From: an uncultured bacterium
GTDB taxonomy: Bacteria > Fidelibacterota > Marinisomatia > Marinisomatales > UBA1611
Direction of reading: 5' to 3'
Length of the DNA: 64,000 bases
Assembly (NCBI GenBank): GCA_965660855.1
Contig: CBFIBM010000009.1
Location: 1-64,000, forward strand
Shown: positions 18,376 to 29,658 of the stretch, in pieces
Layout of the letters: each line of letters begins with the position of its first letter
Numbering within the stretch: the first letter of the stretch is position 1
Position numbers and translations under genes: made by a program
Notes under the pieces: generated by a model
Seen by the model: only the letters and a program-made list of their open reading frames with translations
Database searches by the model: none
What the model was told of the DNA's origin: nothing

Positions 18376-19776
18376 CTACCTCAAAATTAATGCTCTATGT
18401 TTCTCATCTATTACGTAACTATCTGGTGGATTAATTTCAACTACTACGTGCTCGTCACTTGTTAAACTAACTCCTGCACCATCTAACTGTTCTTTTATCA
18501 TGTTTCGAATTAGTGGACTTCCACTATCTCCCATTTGATCATCAAGACTAAATCCTGATTTTCTAATAGCATATCCCACTAATAGCCAACCATATTTAAA
18601 TTTATAAAAAGCTGATATTTTATTATGCGTCTGACCACCTAATGCTTTTGGGATTGGAACTTCTTGCAATCCCTGATCTTTGTCTTCTTGTAATATGAGA
18701 TCATCAAAAAATTGTGGTACTCCAGGGTCAGTAATATGCTTAGCTAATAAATGAGGAACATGTTCTTGTGGTATGACAATTTCGTTTGCATTCGCTCTTT
18801 GCAAATGTGAAACATTCTCTGAATTGATTACATGAGCAACAACATTACATGATTCGGAAATTGATTTTGCAGTTAAACAGGTTAGTACTGATTTATCCTC
18901 AGCAGGCTCTTCATGAGGTAATAGGCCTGAACTGTCTGGCAGAATCATTAAGGTATTTGCTTTATCTAAAAAAGCTTTTTTTAGAACAGATTCTTGGGTG
19001 CAATTTTCAAATATATGAGTGATGTCTAATCTCTCAAAATTTCCAGTATGTCGCTGTATAATGTCTTGATCTGTTTCATTAATTAAAATGATAACTGGAT
19101 TTGCTTCTTTATTTTCTTCAATAATTTTCAATATGCTTGAAACTGTATTGTTCCATCCAGCAATAATTAAATGATTAATAAATTTATTTTCATCCAAATC
19201 ATCATCTCCTTTTAATTTTTGAGCTACTAGTACAGACGCGACAGCTCCACCAAGTAATGTAACAACACCAAAATTCAATAACATTATAATAATTGTTAAA
19301 AATTTACCTATATGTGTTATTGGGCTTACATCTCCGTATCCTACTGTGGTAAATGTAACGATAGCCCACCAAAATGTGTGGAAAAAAGTATCAATCCAAT
19401 TTGGTTCTTTACCTCCAAAAATAAAACTCCCTTCTGTATCTTCTACAACACTATCTCTAAACATATCATATTCAATATATGTGAGAGCAGACGTAGAAAT
19501 AATTATCAGAAAAAAAGACCAAACTGCATATCTAAATAATTCATTTTCAATATAAGAAGTCCTAATTCTTGATACTGTTTCTTTTATTGGAAATTTAGAA
19601 TTCTTAAGATGTTCTGGGGTTTCTTCTTTTTCTACTTCAATTGACTGAATAGCTTCAATTTCAGGTATTTTGTTTAACTTATCATAAAGATCTTTATTCG
19701 CATTGAGGACTTTAGCTAATTGCTTGTCCTTTATTTGTGAAGAATCTGAGCTTTTTTTACCTGAATTTGATTTCAT
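18376..19776 (-). CDS. Potassium channel with RCK (TrkA-N-like) domain
   Basis: Pore helix and filter FWWAIVTFTTVGYGDVSP; RCK start HLIIAGWN; AGA-like LQRANANEIV. Confidence 0.92.
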   Translation of the reverse strand: MKSNSGKKSSDSSQIKDKQLAKVLNANKDLYDKLNKIPEIEAIQSIEVEKEETPEHLKNSKFPIKETVSRIRTSYIENELFRYAVWSFFLIIISTSALTYIEYDMFRDSVVEDTEGSFIFGGKEPNWIDTFFHTFWWAIVTFTTVGYGDVSPITHIGKFLTIIIMLLNFGVVTLLGGAVASVLVAQKLKGDDDLDENKFINHLIIAGWNNTVSSILKIIEENKEANPVIILINETDQDIIQRHTGNFERLDITHIFENCTQESVLKKAFLDKANTLMILPDSSGLLPHEEPAEDKSVLTCLTAKSISESCNVVAHVINSENVSHLQRANANEIVIPQEHVPHLLAKHITDPGVPQFFDDLILQEDKDQGLQEVPIPKALGGQTHNKISAFYKFKYGWLLVGYAIRKSGFSLDDQMGDSGSPLIRNMIKEQLDGAGVSLTSDEHVVVEINPPDSYVIDEKHRALILR

Positions 19777-19841
19777 AATCGGTTTTTTTAACTCATAAAT
19801 ATAATAATATATTGTGTTTAAATAATACCTTTGAAAAAACC

Positions 19842-22800
19842 CTAAGCATGATATTCTTGAATAGATTTTACCTCTATTTGGTTTTCTTCAATGCGAATAG
19901 ATCTAACAACTGCACTTGCTCCAGCTAATGTCGTCACGGCTAAAATATTTTTTTGTATACAAGATCTCCCAATCGATTCTTCGTCATACCTTGATTGCGC
20001 TCCCATTGGTGTGTTAATTACTAGTTGTATTTTCTCATTTTTAATTTCGTCAACAACATTAGGTCTTCCTTCTCCTACTTTAAAGATTGAATTTGCCCTT
20101 ATTCCGTTTTTTTGTAATTCTTTTGCCGTTCCTGTAGTTGCTAAAATTTCAAAACCCATCTCGATTAAATCCCTAGCAATAGGTATTACATTTAGTTTAT
20201 CTTTTTTATTTACCGATATAAAAACACATCCTTTTTTAGGTATCTTATTTCCAGCACTAATAGAGGCTCTTCTAAATGACTCTCCTAAAGTTTTAGAGAT
20301 ACCCATGACCTCTCCTGTCGATTTCATTTCTGGGCTCAAGAAAATTGATTCTTCAGGAAATTTATTAAATGGTAAAACCGCCTCTTTAACTGCCGTATAA
20401 GGATTTTTATCCCAAGGTTTTAAATTAAAACTAGATAATGGCACACCTAATGCAAGTTGGGAAGCAATTCTAGCGAGAGGAGTATTAGTTGTTTTACTTA
20501 CAAATGGAATTGTTCTACTTGCTCTTGGATTAACCTCCAAAACAAAAACTTCACCTTCTTTATAAGCGAATTGTAAATTAATCAAACCTTTCACATTTAA
20601 TTTTAAGGCCAGAGAAGTAGTTACATCTAAAATTTGATCTAATGCTTCTGTTCTAATATTATATGGTGGTAAAACACAGGCAGAATCTCCTGAGTGTATA
20701 CCGGCTTCTTCAATGTGTTGCATAACTGCACCAATATGAACAGTTGAACCGTCAGACAAAGCATCAACATCAAACTCAAAAGCATCCTCTAAAAACTCAT
20801 CAATTAGTATTGGATGCCCAGCCGTAACATCAGCTGAACGAGATATATAATCTATTAACTGGCGTTTAGAATAAACTATTTCCATTGCACGACCTCCAAG
20901 AACATAACTTGGTCGAGCAAGTACAGGATAGCCAATTTTTTCTGCAACTTTTATAACTTCATCTAATGTTTTTCCTGTTCCATATTTAGGACATCTTATA
21001 CTTAACTCCTTGAGAACTTCACCAAATTTTTCTCTATCCTCCGCTAAATCAATATCCTTAGGAGACGTTCCAATAATTGGCGCTCCTGCATTTAAGAGAT
21101 CATTTGCAATTTTAAGTGGCGTTTGTCCTCCAAACTGGACCAATACGCCATCAGGCTTTTCAAATTCAATTATATTTAATACGTCTTCATAGGTAACAGG
21201 CTCAAAGTAAAGTCTATCTACAAGGTCAAAGTCCGTACTCACAGTTTCTGGATTGCAGTTAATCATTATTGCTTTAACATTTTGATCTCTCAATCCGTAT
21301 ACAGCTTGTACACAACAATAATCAAATTCAATTCCTTGCCCTATACGATTTGGACCCCCTCCTAAAATAATAACTTTTTCCCCCTTTAAAGGTTCGATTT
21401 CATTTTCAAAATCATATGAAGAGTAGCAATAGGGTGTTTTTGCGATAAATTCGGCTGCGCAAGTATCTACAACCTTAAATGATGGTGTTACGGATTCTTT
21501 CTTTCTTCTTAATCTAATTTCATTTACGGTGGTTTTATAAAATCGACTAATTTGAATATCAGAGAATCCATCAGATTTTAAATCTCTCAAAGTACTTTTC
21601 CTATCTGTTAAGGCTAAGCTTTTTATCTCCTCCAAAAACCATGGATCAATTTTTGTTAAAGAATGGATCCTTTCAACTGTTTCTCCTTTGGCAAATGCTT
21701 CTCTGACTTTTAATAATCTAAAACTAGTTGCAAACCTTAAAGCTGACATATCTAGAGGTTTTGACCTAATTAGATCGGGATCTTCTCTTAATTGATTTTT
21801 TGCTTCTAAACCATCTAAGCCCACCTCTAAAGAACGAAAAGCCTTTTGAATAGACTCCTTAAAAGTCCTCCCAATAGCCATAACTTCCCCAACGCTTTGC
21901 ATCTGTACTCCCAAATGCCCTGAAGCTGATGGAAATTTTTCAAAATCAAATCTTGGTATTTTGGTAACTATATAGTCTAAAGTTGGTTCAAATGCGGCTA
22001 ATGTTTTCCCTGTAATTTCGTTTTCTAACTCATCTAAGGTATAACCTATTGCTAACTTTGCAGCAACCTTTGCAATTGGAAATCCCGTTGCTTTTGAAGC
22101 CAAAGCAGACGATCTGCTTACTCTTGGATTCATCTCAATTATTATACATCTTCCATTGGCCGGGTTAACAGCAAATTGAACATTAGAGCCTCCTGTTTCT
22201 ACGCCTATAGTCCTTAAGCAAAGAATGGACCAATTCCTCATCTTTTGCAATTCTTTATCTGAAAGTGTAATTGATGGTGCAACCGTAATAGAGTCACCTG
22301 TATGAACTCCCATTGGATCAATATTCTCTATTGAACAAATAATTATAGCATTATCAGAACTATCTCGAATAACTTCTAATTCAAATTCTTTCCATCCAAG
22401 CAATGACTCTTCAATCAATACTTCATTAATAGGACTAGCATTTAATCCCTTTTCAACTAAATCTTGAAATTCTTCGTAATTATAAGCAACAGATCCACCA
22501 GTACCACCAAGTGTAAATGAAGGCCTTATAATCATTGGAAAATTTAACTTTCCCAACAGTGATTCTGCCTCTTCCCAAGAATGTACAAAACCACCTTGAG
22601 CCGTATCGATTCCAACTCTATCCATTTCTTCTTTAAATCTCTCTCGATCTTCAGCTTTTTCAATTGCATCAACTTGAGCACCAATTAATTGAACATTATA
22701 TTTTTCAAGAAATCCTTTTTTATGAAGTTCTATTGCAAGATTTAAAGCTGTTTGTCCTCCTACAGTAGGGAGAATTGCATCGGGTTTTTCTTTAATAATT

Positions 22801-23030
22801 ATAGCTTCTAGAAATTCAACAGTTAGCGGTTCAATGTAGGTTGCATCTGCAATTTGAGGATCTGTCATAATTGTTGCAGGGTTTGAATTTATTAAAACAA
22901 TCTTATAGCCTTCCTCTTTTAGTGCTCTTGCTGCTTGTGTGCCTGAATAATCAAACTCACAAGCTTGTCCAATAACTATAGGACCTGCACCAATTATTAA
23001 AATTTTATTTATATTATTATTTTTTGGCAT
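19842..23030 (-). CDS. carB: Carbamoyl-phosphate synthase large subunit
   Basis: [50 protein letters not shown]-terminal MGS domain. Confidence 0.98.
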   Translation of the reverse strand: MPKNNNINKILIIGAGPIVIGQACEFDYSGTQAARALKEEGYKIVLINSNPATIMTDPQIADATYIEPLTVEFLEAIIIKEKPDAILPTVGGQTALNLAIELHKKGFLEKYNVQLIGAQVDAIEKAEDRERFKEEMDRVGIDTAQGGFVHSWEEAESLLGKLNFPMIIRPSFTLGGTGGSVAYNYEEFQDLVEKGLNASPINEVLIEESLLGWKEFELEVIRDSSDNAIIICSIENIDPMGVHTGDSITVAPSITLSDKELQKMRNWSILCLRTIGVETGGSNVQFAVNPANGRCIIIEMNPRVSRSSALASKATGFPIAKVAAKLAIGYTLDELENEITGKTLAAFEPTLDYIVTKIPRFDFEKFPSASGHLGVQMQSVGEVMAIGRTFKESIQKAFRSLEVGLDGLEAKNQLREDPDLIRSKPLDMSALRFATSFRLLKVREAFAKGETVERIHSLTKIDPWFLEEIKSLALTDRKSTLRDLKSDGFSDIQISRFYKTTVNEIRLRRKKESVTPSFKVVDTCAAEFIAKTPYCYSSYDFENEIEPLKGEKVIILGGGPNRIGQGIEFDYCCVQAVYGLRDQNVKAIMINCNPETVSTDFDLVDRLYFEPVTYEDVLNIIEFEKPDGVLVQFGGQTPLKIANDLLNAGAPIIGTSPKDIDLAEDREKFGEVLKELSIRCPKYGTGKTLDEVIKVAEKIGYPVLARPSYVLGGRAMEIVYSKRQLIDYISRSADVTAGHPILIDEFLEDAFEFDVDALSDGSTVHIGAVMQHIEEAGIHSGDSACVLPPYNIRTEALDQILDVTTSLALKLNVKGLINLQFAYKEGEVFVLEVNPRASRTIPFVSKTTNTPLARIASQLALGVPLSSFNLKPWDKNPYTAVKEAVLPFNKFPEESIFLSPEMKSTGEVMGISKTLGESFRRASISAGNKIPKKGCVFISVNKKDKLNVIPIARDLIEMGFEILATTGTAKELQKNGIRANSIFKVGEGRPNVVDEIKNEKIQLVINTPMGAQSRYDEESIGRSCIQKNILAVTTLAGASAVVRSIRIEENQIEVKSIQEYHA

Positions 23031-24105
23031 TTTTCATAAGATTTATAAATTTTTTGAATAAATATCGACTATCATGAGGTCCAGGACTAGCTTCAGGATG
23101 ATATTGTACTGAAAAAGCACAGTAACTTATTGATTCTATACCCGCAGAAGTATTGTCATTTAAATTAATATGAGTTGACTTAACACTATTTGGTAAGCTA
23201 TTTAGGTCAACTGCAAAACCATGATTTTGGCTAGTAATCTCAACTAAACCTGTTTTAAGGTTTTTTACTGGATGATTAATGCCTCTGTGCCCAAATTTAA
23301 GTTTGAAAGTTTTTGCTCCCAAAGCCAATGCAAGGATTTGGTGTCCTAAGCAAATTCCAAATATTGGGAACTGCCCCAGAATTTTTTTTATCAAATCTAT
23401 ACCGTAAGATACAGCAGATGGGTCACCTGGTCCATTTGATAAAAAAACTCCATGTGGTGAAAAAGCTAACAAATCGTCGTAAGATGTGTTTGCAGGAAAT
23501 ACTTTAATACTACAGTCATTACTTCTAAGCTGACGTAAAATATTAGTTTTTATTCCAAAATCAATTGCTGCAACTTTATATTTTTTTGAATTGTCGTTTT
23601 TAAATGTATATGCATTCCTACATGTTACATTCTTTACGAGATCTAGTCCAGACATAGACGGGGACTTATCTAACTTTGATTTTAATGAATCTAAATCTGT
23701 ATCTATTGATGAAATTATTCCATTCATTGCTCCATTATCTCTGATATGCCTGGTAATTGATCTAGTATCAATTTTTTTAATCCCTACTATATTATTTTCT
23801 TTTAAGTATTCTCCTATTGATTTCTCTGATCTCCAATTTGAAGGTATTGCTGATTCTTCTTTAATTATAAAACCCGCAACTTGAATTTTACTAGATTCCG
23901 TGTCGTTATTATTAATCCCATAATTTCCAATATGAGGAGAAGTCATAGTTACTATTTGCTGTGAATAAGATGGGTCAGTTAAAATCTCTTGATAGCCTGT
24001 CATCCCTGTATTAAAACAAACTTCGCCAACAACTTCGCCGATAGCACCAAAAGAGGACCCTTTATAAACTTTGCCATCAGCTAAAAGTAACAATGCTTGC
24101 TTCAT
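23017..24105 (-). CDS. carA: Carbamoyl-phosphate synthase small subunit
   Basis: [44 protein letters not shown]. Confidence 0.98.
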   Translation of the reverse strand: MKQALLLLADGKVYKGSSFGAIGEVVGEVCFNTGMTGYQEILTDPSYSQQIVTMTSPHIGNYGINNNDTESSKIQVAGFIIKEESAIPSNWRSEKSIGEYLKENNIVGIKKIDTRSITRHIRDNGAMNGIISSIDTDLDSLKSKLDKSPSMSGLDLVKNVTCRNAYTFKNDNSKKYKVAAIDFGIKTNILRQLRSNDCSIKVFPANTSYDDLLAFSPHGVFLSNGPGDPSAVSYGIDLIKKILGQFPIFGICLGHQILALALGAKTFKLKFGHRGINHPVKNLKTGLVEITSQNHGFAVDLNSLPNSVKSTHINLNDNTSAGIESISYCAFSVQYHPEASPGPHDSRYLFKKFINLMKNAKK

Positions 24106-24246
24106 AAAATTTATATTTTAATGGGAAGGGGGAGTGATATCTCAAAAAGTTAAAAAAGTATATGTATTTAAATACATAAAATATCATCGCTGAATTTGAG
24201 ACTACTTGATCAAAATACAAATAAACTTTATTAGTTTATTACAGTA

Positions 24247-25098
24247 TTATTTTAAAAGAACTAAAACCTTACAATTTGTTAATAAACCAAATTTTTTCTC
24301 AACATCTCTAATTTTATCAGCGTCAAAGTTTGAAACAGTTAAATTTACCGTATCATCGCTTGTTATAGCTTCAACAAAAAGAGGATTATTACCTACACGA
24401 CGCAAGACATTCCCATCTTCTGGTGAATGTGCGTAGCCAATCGGACCTCTGTTAACTGACCTTGACCTTGTATAATGCCTAGGTCCGTAAACTAGTTTAT
24501 CCGCTTCACTAAAAACTTTTGGTACCATTGCTGGAACATGATAAATATTACGAGCGTCAATAATTATTCCAGAAACTCTCTCTGATTTTGGGATTGAATT
24601 CTTTGTCATCAAAAACGTTGATTGAGAAATATTCTCATTCATATGTCCACCTGCATCGATAAGTATTTCAGCAAGTCCAGACATTTTTACAGCAAGAGAT
24701 ATTTCAACCTCTTTTTTCTCAAGGTACTCAATTTCACCTTGTTGAAAAGCACTTTCAACTAATGATTCAACTCTATTTTTTGTAAAATGATCCTCTAACA
24801 TTAATTCGCCAACCATTCTGCCATCAAAATTGACTAATTTTACAATATCAAGTAGGTTTTCTCGTGCTCTTGCTTTGGCTTCCCCCTTAGAAATTTTTAA
24901 ATTTTTCTCAATAACTTCTAGTCCACCAGAATTAGTTCTACGCTCGATAATTAAAGAAGATCCTTTTGCTAAAATTATTCTATCCTGATAATCGATAAAT
25001 CCATTATCCAATAAAATAGTTGATGATTTAGACATATCAAATCCGAAAAGGACGGTAACTAAAATTTGAAAGTTTATAAAATATTTAAACATTATCAC
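24247..25098 (-). CDS. Exported hypothetical protein, LPP20-lipoprotein-like family
   Basis: Signal-like N-terminus; AKARARENLL, SGIIIDAR, PAMVPKV and RVGNNPL motifs. Confidence 0.45.
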   Translation of the reverse strand: MIMFKYFINFQILVTVLFGFDMSKSSTILLDNGFIDYQDRIILAKGSSLIIERRTNSGGLEVIEKNLKISKGEAKARARENLLDIVKLVNFDGRMVGELMLEDHFTKNRVESLVESAFQQGEIEYLEKKEVEISLAVKMSGLAEILIDAGGHMNENISQSTFLMTKNSIPKSERVSGIIIDARNIYHVPAMVPKVFSEADKLVYGPRHYTRSRSVNRGPIGYAHSPEDGNVLRRVGNNPLFVEAITSDDTVNLTVSNFDADKIRDVEKKFGLLTNCKVLVLLK

Positions 25099-25254
25099 TC
25101 TTTTTGTTGTACTAATTACTTACCAAGATAAGCATAATTAAACTCTATAAAAAAATAAATCAAAGTTTTATTTTACAGTAGTATTAAATAATATAAGTAC
25201 ACTGAGGTATGATAATAATTACAAGTATATTCACTAAGCTTTAAAAATAAAATT

Positions 25255-25677
25255 ATGCAATTTTATAAACTATTTTTAACATTATTTTTATTTAGTTCAA
25301 TTATTAATGCAAATGATAAATTTGATGAAAATCAGATAGTTATCATGCTCAATGAGTATTTTATATCTGAGAAAGGTCCAACTCTTCTTGGGCACCGGTT
25401 CTACAAAACAAAAAAAAATGAAATTATACAACTAGAAATAGAGCAAAATGAACAAAATCCTAACACTTCATTATTGTTTAGTTTCAAAGCAATGAGCTTA
25501 ATAACGAATGTCTCACAAAAAGAATTTAATTTAGGTATATTAGTAATGCATTCAGAAAATAGAATAACACCTATCATTGCTGAAACAGATATAAAATGTG
25601 CTCAAAGTTTTTTTTTAGAAAAACAAATAGGTGAAAAGAAATGGCGAAAAAATTGTTTAACCATAAAGCATAATTAA
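25255..25677 (+). CDS. Hypothetical exported protein
   Basis: 140-aa ORF with Sec-type signal peptide; heads the ligA transcription unit. Confidence 0.6.
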   Translation: MQFYKLFLTLFLFSSIINANDKFDENQIVIMLNEYFISEKGPTLLGHRFYKTKKNEIIQLEIEQNEQNPNTSLLFSFKAMSLITNVSQKEFNLGILVMHSENRITPIIAETDIKCAQSFFLEKQIGEKKWRKNCLTIKHN

Positions 25678-25682
25678 ATTCT

Positions 25683-26129
25683 ATGATGGTTCTTAAATTT
25701 TTCCTTTTTTGTTTTTCAATAATTTTTGCACAAATTGAATATCAGGTACGTGATAAAAATCCAGGACTTTTTAAAAACCAGAGATTATATCATATTCCTC
25801 CAAAACCATTTTTTAAAAAGAGGCCTCACAAATTAAATTTTATAACAGATATTCCACCAGACTCCATTATTGTAAGTAGTTTGTTTTTTAAAACTAATCT
25901 TATGGAATATTACCAAGAAATAAAACTAACTGGAATAGCTGGCTCATATACTTTTTTATATAATCCAGAAGAATATCCTGGAGATAGATTACAATATTAT
26001 TTTACTATAAAAACAAAAGAAAAGTTATTTGGAACACCAATTAATGATGACGGAAAACTTCAACCTGTGGACAAACTTCTTATTGACCCAAAGCAATACT
26101 TTGATCAACAGCGTCGCTTAAATAAATGA
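25683..26129 (+). CDS. Hypothetical exported protein (beta-sandwich-like)
   Basis: Signal peptide, LQYYFTI motif, overlaps the ligA start. Confidence 0.6.
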   Translation: MMVLKFFLFCFSIIFAQIEYQVRDKNPGLFKNQRLYHIPPKPFFKKRPHKLNFITDIPPDSIIVSSLFFKTNLMEYYQEIKLTGIAGSYTFLYNPEEYPGDRLQYYFTIKTKEKLFGTPINDDGKLQPVDKLLIDPKQYFDQQRRLNK

Positions 26130-28135
26130 TTTTAGTCAATCGAATTAAGGAGTTAAAGAAAGTTTTATCAGAGCATAATTATAACTATTATATACTAGAT
26201 AACCCTATTATTACAGATTCAGAATATGATTCCCTGTTTCGGGAATTAGAAGAGTTAGAAAAAAAAAACAAACATTTAATCACTCCTGATTCACCAACAC
26301 AAAGAGTTGGTGAAAAACCAAATTCAAAATTTGATGTTATCCAACATAGAAAACCAATGCTCTCTTTAGCTAATGCTATGACTACTGATGAATTGGTTAA
26401 ATTTAATAATCGAATCAAAAATCTTCTTAATATAAGTAGCGTTGAATATATAGCAGAACCAAAGCTTGATGGCCTAGGAGTAGAAATAGTATACGAAAAT
26501 GGAACTCTTATAAAAGCATCCACCAGAGGAGATGGCTATGTCGGTGAAGATATAACCCAAAATTTAAAAACTATTCGATCAGTTCCATTAAAACTTCGTA
26601 ACTCTGATAAAAAAGTACCTAGCTTACTAGAGGTTCGAGGTGAAGTATTTATTAAAAAAGATGATTTTCAAAAAATGAATATTGAACAAAAGAATAATAG
26701 TAAAGCTCTTTTTGTAAATCCTCGAAATGCTGCAGCAGGTAGTTTAAGGCAACTGGATCCGGCGAAAACAGCTACAAGGCCCCTTTCCATATATTTATAT
26801 GACTCTGGAGTAGTCGAGGGTTTAACTTTTAAGAATCATATTGCCTTTCTAGAGGCACTCAAGCTTTGGGGGCTTCCAACCAACTCTCTTTCAGAAAAAA
26901 TTTCTAGCTCTAAAGGCTTAATTGAATATCATAAAAAACTTGAAGGAAAAAGGAATACTCTTCCTTATGAAATTGATGGAACTGTTTTTAAAGTAAATGA
27001 TTATCTTTTTAGAGATAAAATTGGAAGTCGTAGTAGATCTCCTCGCTGGGCTATTGCTGGAAAATTCAAATCTCAACAAGCAATGACCATAATTAAAAGC
27101 ATCACTATTCAAGTTGGAAGAACTGGCGCGCTTACACCCGTTGCAAATTTAGAACCTGTCTTTGTTGGGGGAGTTACCGTAACAAATGCTACTTTACATA
27201 ATCAAGCTGAAATAAACAAAAAAGACATTAGAATAGGAGATACTGTAATTGTTGAACGTGCTGGGGATGTTATACCTAAAATTATAAAATCAATTCCTGA
27301 AAAAAGACTGTTGGAATCTATTTCATTTAAGATACCCCAAATATGTCCAATTTGTCTTACTAAAGCATCATTTTCTAAAGATCAAACTGTTTTAAGATGT
27401 CCAAATTCTTCTTGCCCCAGTCAAATAAAAGGAAGAATTCAACATTTTTGCTCTAGGAATGCAATGAATATTGATGGTCTAGGTGAAAAAATTATTAACC
27501 AATTAGTGGAAAAAAGCATTATCATTTCTGTTTCTGATATATACTCTATTACAAAAGATCAATTACTAACGCTAGATGGTTTCGGCTCAAAGTCTGCAGA
27601 AAATCTTTTAGAATCAATAAAAAAATCTAAAAGAACCTCTTTTTCTAAATTTATTTATGCATTAGGTATTCGCAATGTTGGCGAGCATATTTCAAAATTA
27701 TTAGAGGATTATTTTAATGGTAGCTTAGAGGATTTTATGATGTGCTCTGATTATGAATTAGAATCTATCGATGGTGTCGGAATAATTGTTTCACATAATA
27801 TTATACGATTTTGGAAGGATATCAATAATATTAAGATTGTCAAAAGTTGTATTGCTTCTGGCGTGGAGTTACTATATAAAAAAAATAAAAGAAATAATTT
27901 ATTAAGCGATAAAAATTTTGTTTTTACCGGCTCTTTGAAAAATTTAAAAAGATCAGAAGTAAAAGAGATAATTCAATCTGTAGGCTCAACATTTTCAAGC
28001 AATATTAGTAAAAAAACTGATTTTTTAGTTGCTGGTCCAGGTGCTGGGTCAAAATTAGCAAAAGCAAAAAATTTGAATATTAAAATAATATCGGAATTAG
28101 AGTTTCTAAATATGATGGGAAAAAATGAAAATTAA
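26126..28135 (+). CDS. ligA: NAD-dependent DNA ligase
   Basis: EPKLDG adenylation motif, TRGDG, EVRGE, Zn finger CPIC...C...C, HhH repeats, BRCT domain. Confidence 0.98.
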   Translation: MILVNRIKELKKVLSEHNYNYYILDNPIITDSEYDSLFRELEELEKKNKHLITPDSPTQRVGEKPNSKFDVIQHRKPMLSLANAMTTDELVKFNNRIKNLLNISSVEYIAEPKLDGLGVEIVYENGTLIKASTRGDGYVGEDITQNLKTIRSVPLKLRNSDKKVPSLLEVRGEVFIKKDDFQKMNIEQKNNSKALFVNPRNAAAGSLRQLDPAKTATRPLSIYLYDSGVVEGLTFKNHIAFLEALKLWGLPTNSLSEKISSSKGLIEYHKKLEGKRNTLPYEIDGTVFKVNDYLFRDKIGSRSRSPRWAIAGKFKSQQAMTIIKSITIQVGRTGALTPVANLEPVFVGGVTVTNATLHNQAEINKKDIRIGDTVIVERAGDVIPKIIKSIPEKRLLESISFKIPQICPICLTKASFSKDQTVLRCPNSSCPSQIKGRIQHFCSRNAMNIDGLGEKIINQLVEKSIIISVSDIYSITKDQLLTLDGFGSKSAENLLESIKKSKRTSFSKFIYALGIRNVGEHISKLLEDYFNGSLEDFMMCSDYELESIDGVGIIVSHNIIRFWKDINNIKIVKSCIASGVELLYKKNKRNNLLSDKNFVFTGSLKNLKRSEVKEIIQSVGSTFSSNISKKTDFLVAGPGAGSKLAKAKNLNIKIISELEFLNMMGKNEN

Positions 28136-29321
28136 ATTTACCTTTTTTACTTTACCTCTAATAATAAGCATATATGGAAATGAAATTGCAGTAGTAAAAA
28201 TTGCAGATGTACCAGCTAAAAGCCTCTATATAACTCAGCCAACCAATGAAAATAATTTATTATTTGTTTTGAACCAAAAAGGGAAAATCTTCATTTTAAA
28301 GAATGAAAAGCTTTTAAAAAATCCTTTTTTGGATATAACAGATCGAGTACATGGATCATTAACACCTGGTAGTGAGGAAGGTTTGCTAGGATTAGCATTT
28401 CACCCAAACTATAGCCAAAATGGTTTTTTCTATGTCAATTATATTAATAAAAATGACTCCTCCATTGTATCCAGGTTTTCGGCAAGTTCAAACCCTGAAA
28501 TTGCGGATGATAATTCAGAAAAAATTATACTAAAAGTTCAGCAACCTTTTGGAAATCATAATGGAGGGCACTTAGCATTCGGTCCAAAAGACAATATGCT
28601 TTATGTTGGATTTGGAGATGGAGGAAAGCACGGTGACCCATATAATAATTCTCAAAACTTAAACAGTCTATTAGGCTCAATTTTGAGGATTAACATTGAT
28701 GAAGGAGATCCTTATAGCATACCAATAGATAATCCTTTTTACGGACAAAAAAATAAGAGAGGTGAAATTTTTTGTTACGGACTACGCAATCCATGGAGAT
28801 TCTCTTTTGACAGAATAACAAATGATTTATTAATTGGAGATGTCGGACAAAATAAATGGGAAGAGGTAAACTGGAATACCTGGAGCGAAGCAAAAGGTGC
28901 AAACTATGGTTGGAAAATAATGGAAGCTGATCATTGTTTTGAACCTGAAGAGTTTTGTGATACTCTTGGGTTAACGATGCCTATTCATGAATACCCAAAC
29001 AATGCTGCTTACATGAGAATTTTGATGGGAATGGATGAATCTGAGGCAACAGGATGTTCTGTTACTGGAGGCTATGTTTTTAGGGGTAATAAAGCATCTT
29101 CTTTCTATGGAACTTATATTTTTGGGGATTACTGTACTGGACGAATCTGGGCATTTAAAAAACAAAAGAACAAAAGAATAAATTTCCAAAATATAAGGAA
29201 CGAATTAAAGAAGACTAGCAAAGATTTACCCTTGTTTATTTCATCTTTTGGGGAAGATAGTTCTGGAAAACTTTATGTAGTAGACTATTTAGGTTCAGTC
29301 TTTAAATTCGTAACACGTTAG
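28125..29321 (+). CDS. PQQ-dependent glucose/sorbosone dehydrogenase family beta-propeller
   Basis: EEGLLGLAFHP, NHNGGHLAFGP, GLRNPWRFSFD, GDVGQNKWEE, SSFGED. Confidence 0.9.
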   Translation: MKIKFTFFTLPLIISIYGNEIAVVKIADVPAKSLYITQPTNENNLLFVLNQKGKIFILKNEKLLKNPFLDITDRVHGSLTPGSEEGLLGLAFHPNYSQNGFFYVNYINKNDSSIVSRFSASSNPEIADDNSEKIILKVQQPFGNHNGGHLAFGPKDNMLYVGFGDGGKHGDPYNNSQNLNSLLGSILRINIDEGDPYSIPIDNPFYGQKNKRGEIFCYGLRNPWRFSFDRITNDLLIGDVGQNKWEEVNWNTWSEAKGANYGWKIMEADHCFEPEEFCDTLGLTMPIHEYPNNAAYMRILMGMDESEATGCSVTGGYVFRGNKASSFYGTYIFGDYCTGRIWAFKKQKNKRINFQNIRNELKKTSKDLPLFISSFGEDSSGKLYVVDYLGSVFKFVTR

Positions 29322-29334
29322 ATAAGGCTTTTAT

Positions 29335-29652
29335 ATGATGCAGATTGATCAAGTTGTTGGTGATATTATTCTTTTAGTTTTACATAATCATGAACCTCTC
29401 AAAAAAATTGGAATTGAAGAGGATAGAATTTTTGTAAAAGTAAAAGGATACGATGGAAATGGCATGTGGATTCATCAACCAAAATTTCAAATTAGTAAAC
29501 CTCCTAATAAAAATAAAAAGAAAAATTTCCCTGAAAAATCTGTTGAAGCATCGGTATTAATACCATGGGGTTTTATTGTATCTATTGCCCACTTCCCTGG
29601 TGCTGAGGGGTTAGATTTCCCTGACCCTTTTAAACTAGAAATAGGTTTCTAA
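29335..29652 (+). CDS. Hypothetical protein, possible Sm/LSm (Hfq-like) fold
   Basis: Sm1-like RIFVKVKGYDGNGMWI, a basic loop, then Sm2-like SVLIPWGFIVSI. Confidence 0.45.
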   Translation: MMQIDQVVGDIILLVLHNHEPLKKIGIEEDRIFVKVKGYDGNGMWIHQPKFQISKPPNKNKKKNFPEKSVEASVLIPWGFIVSIAHFPGAEGLDFPDPFKLEIGF

Positions 29653-29658
29653 AAATAA

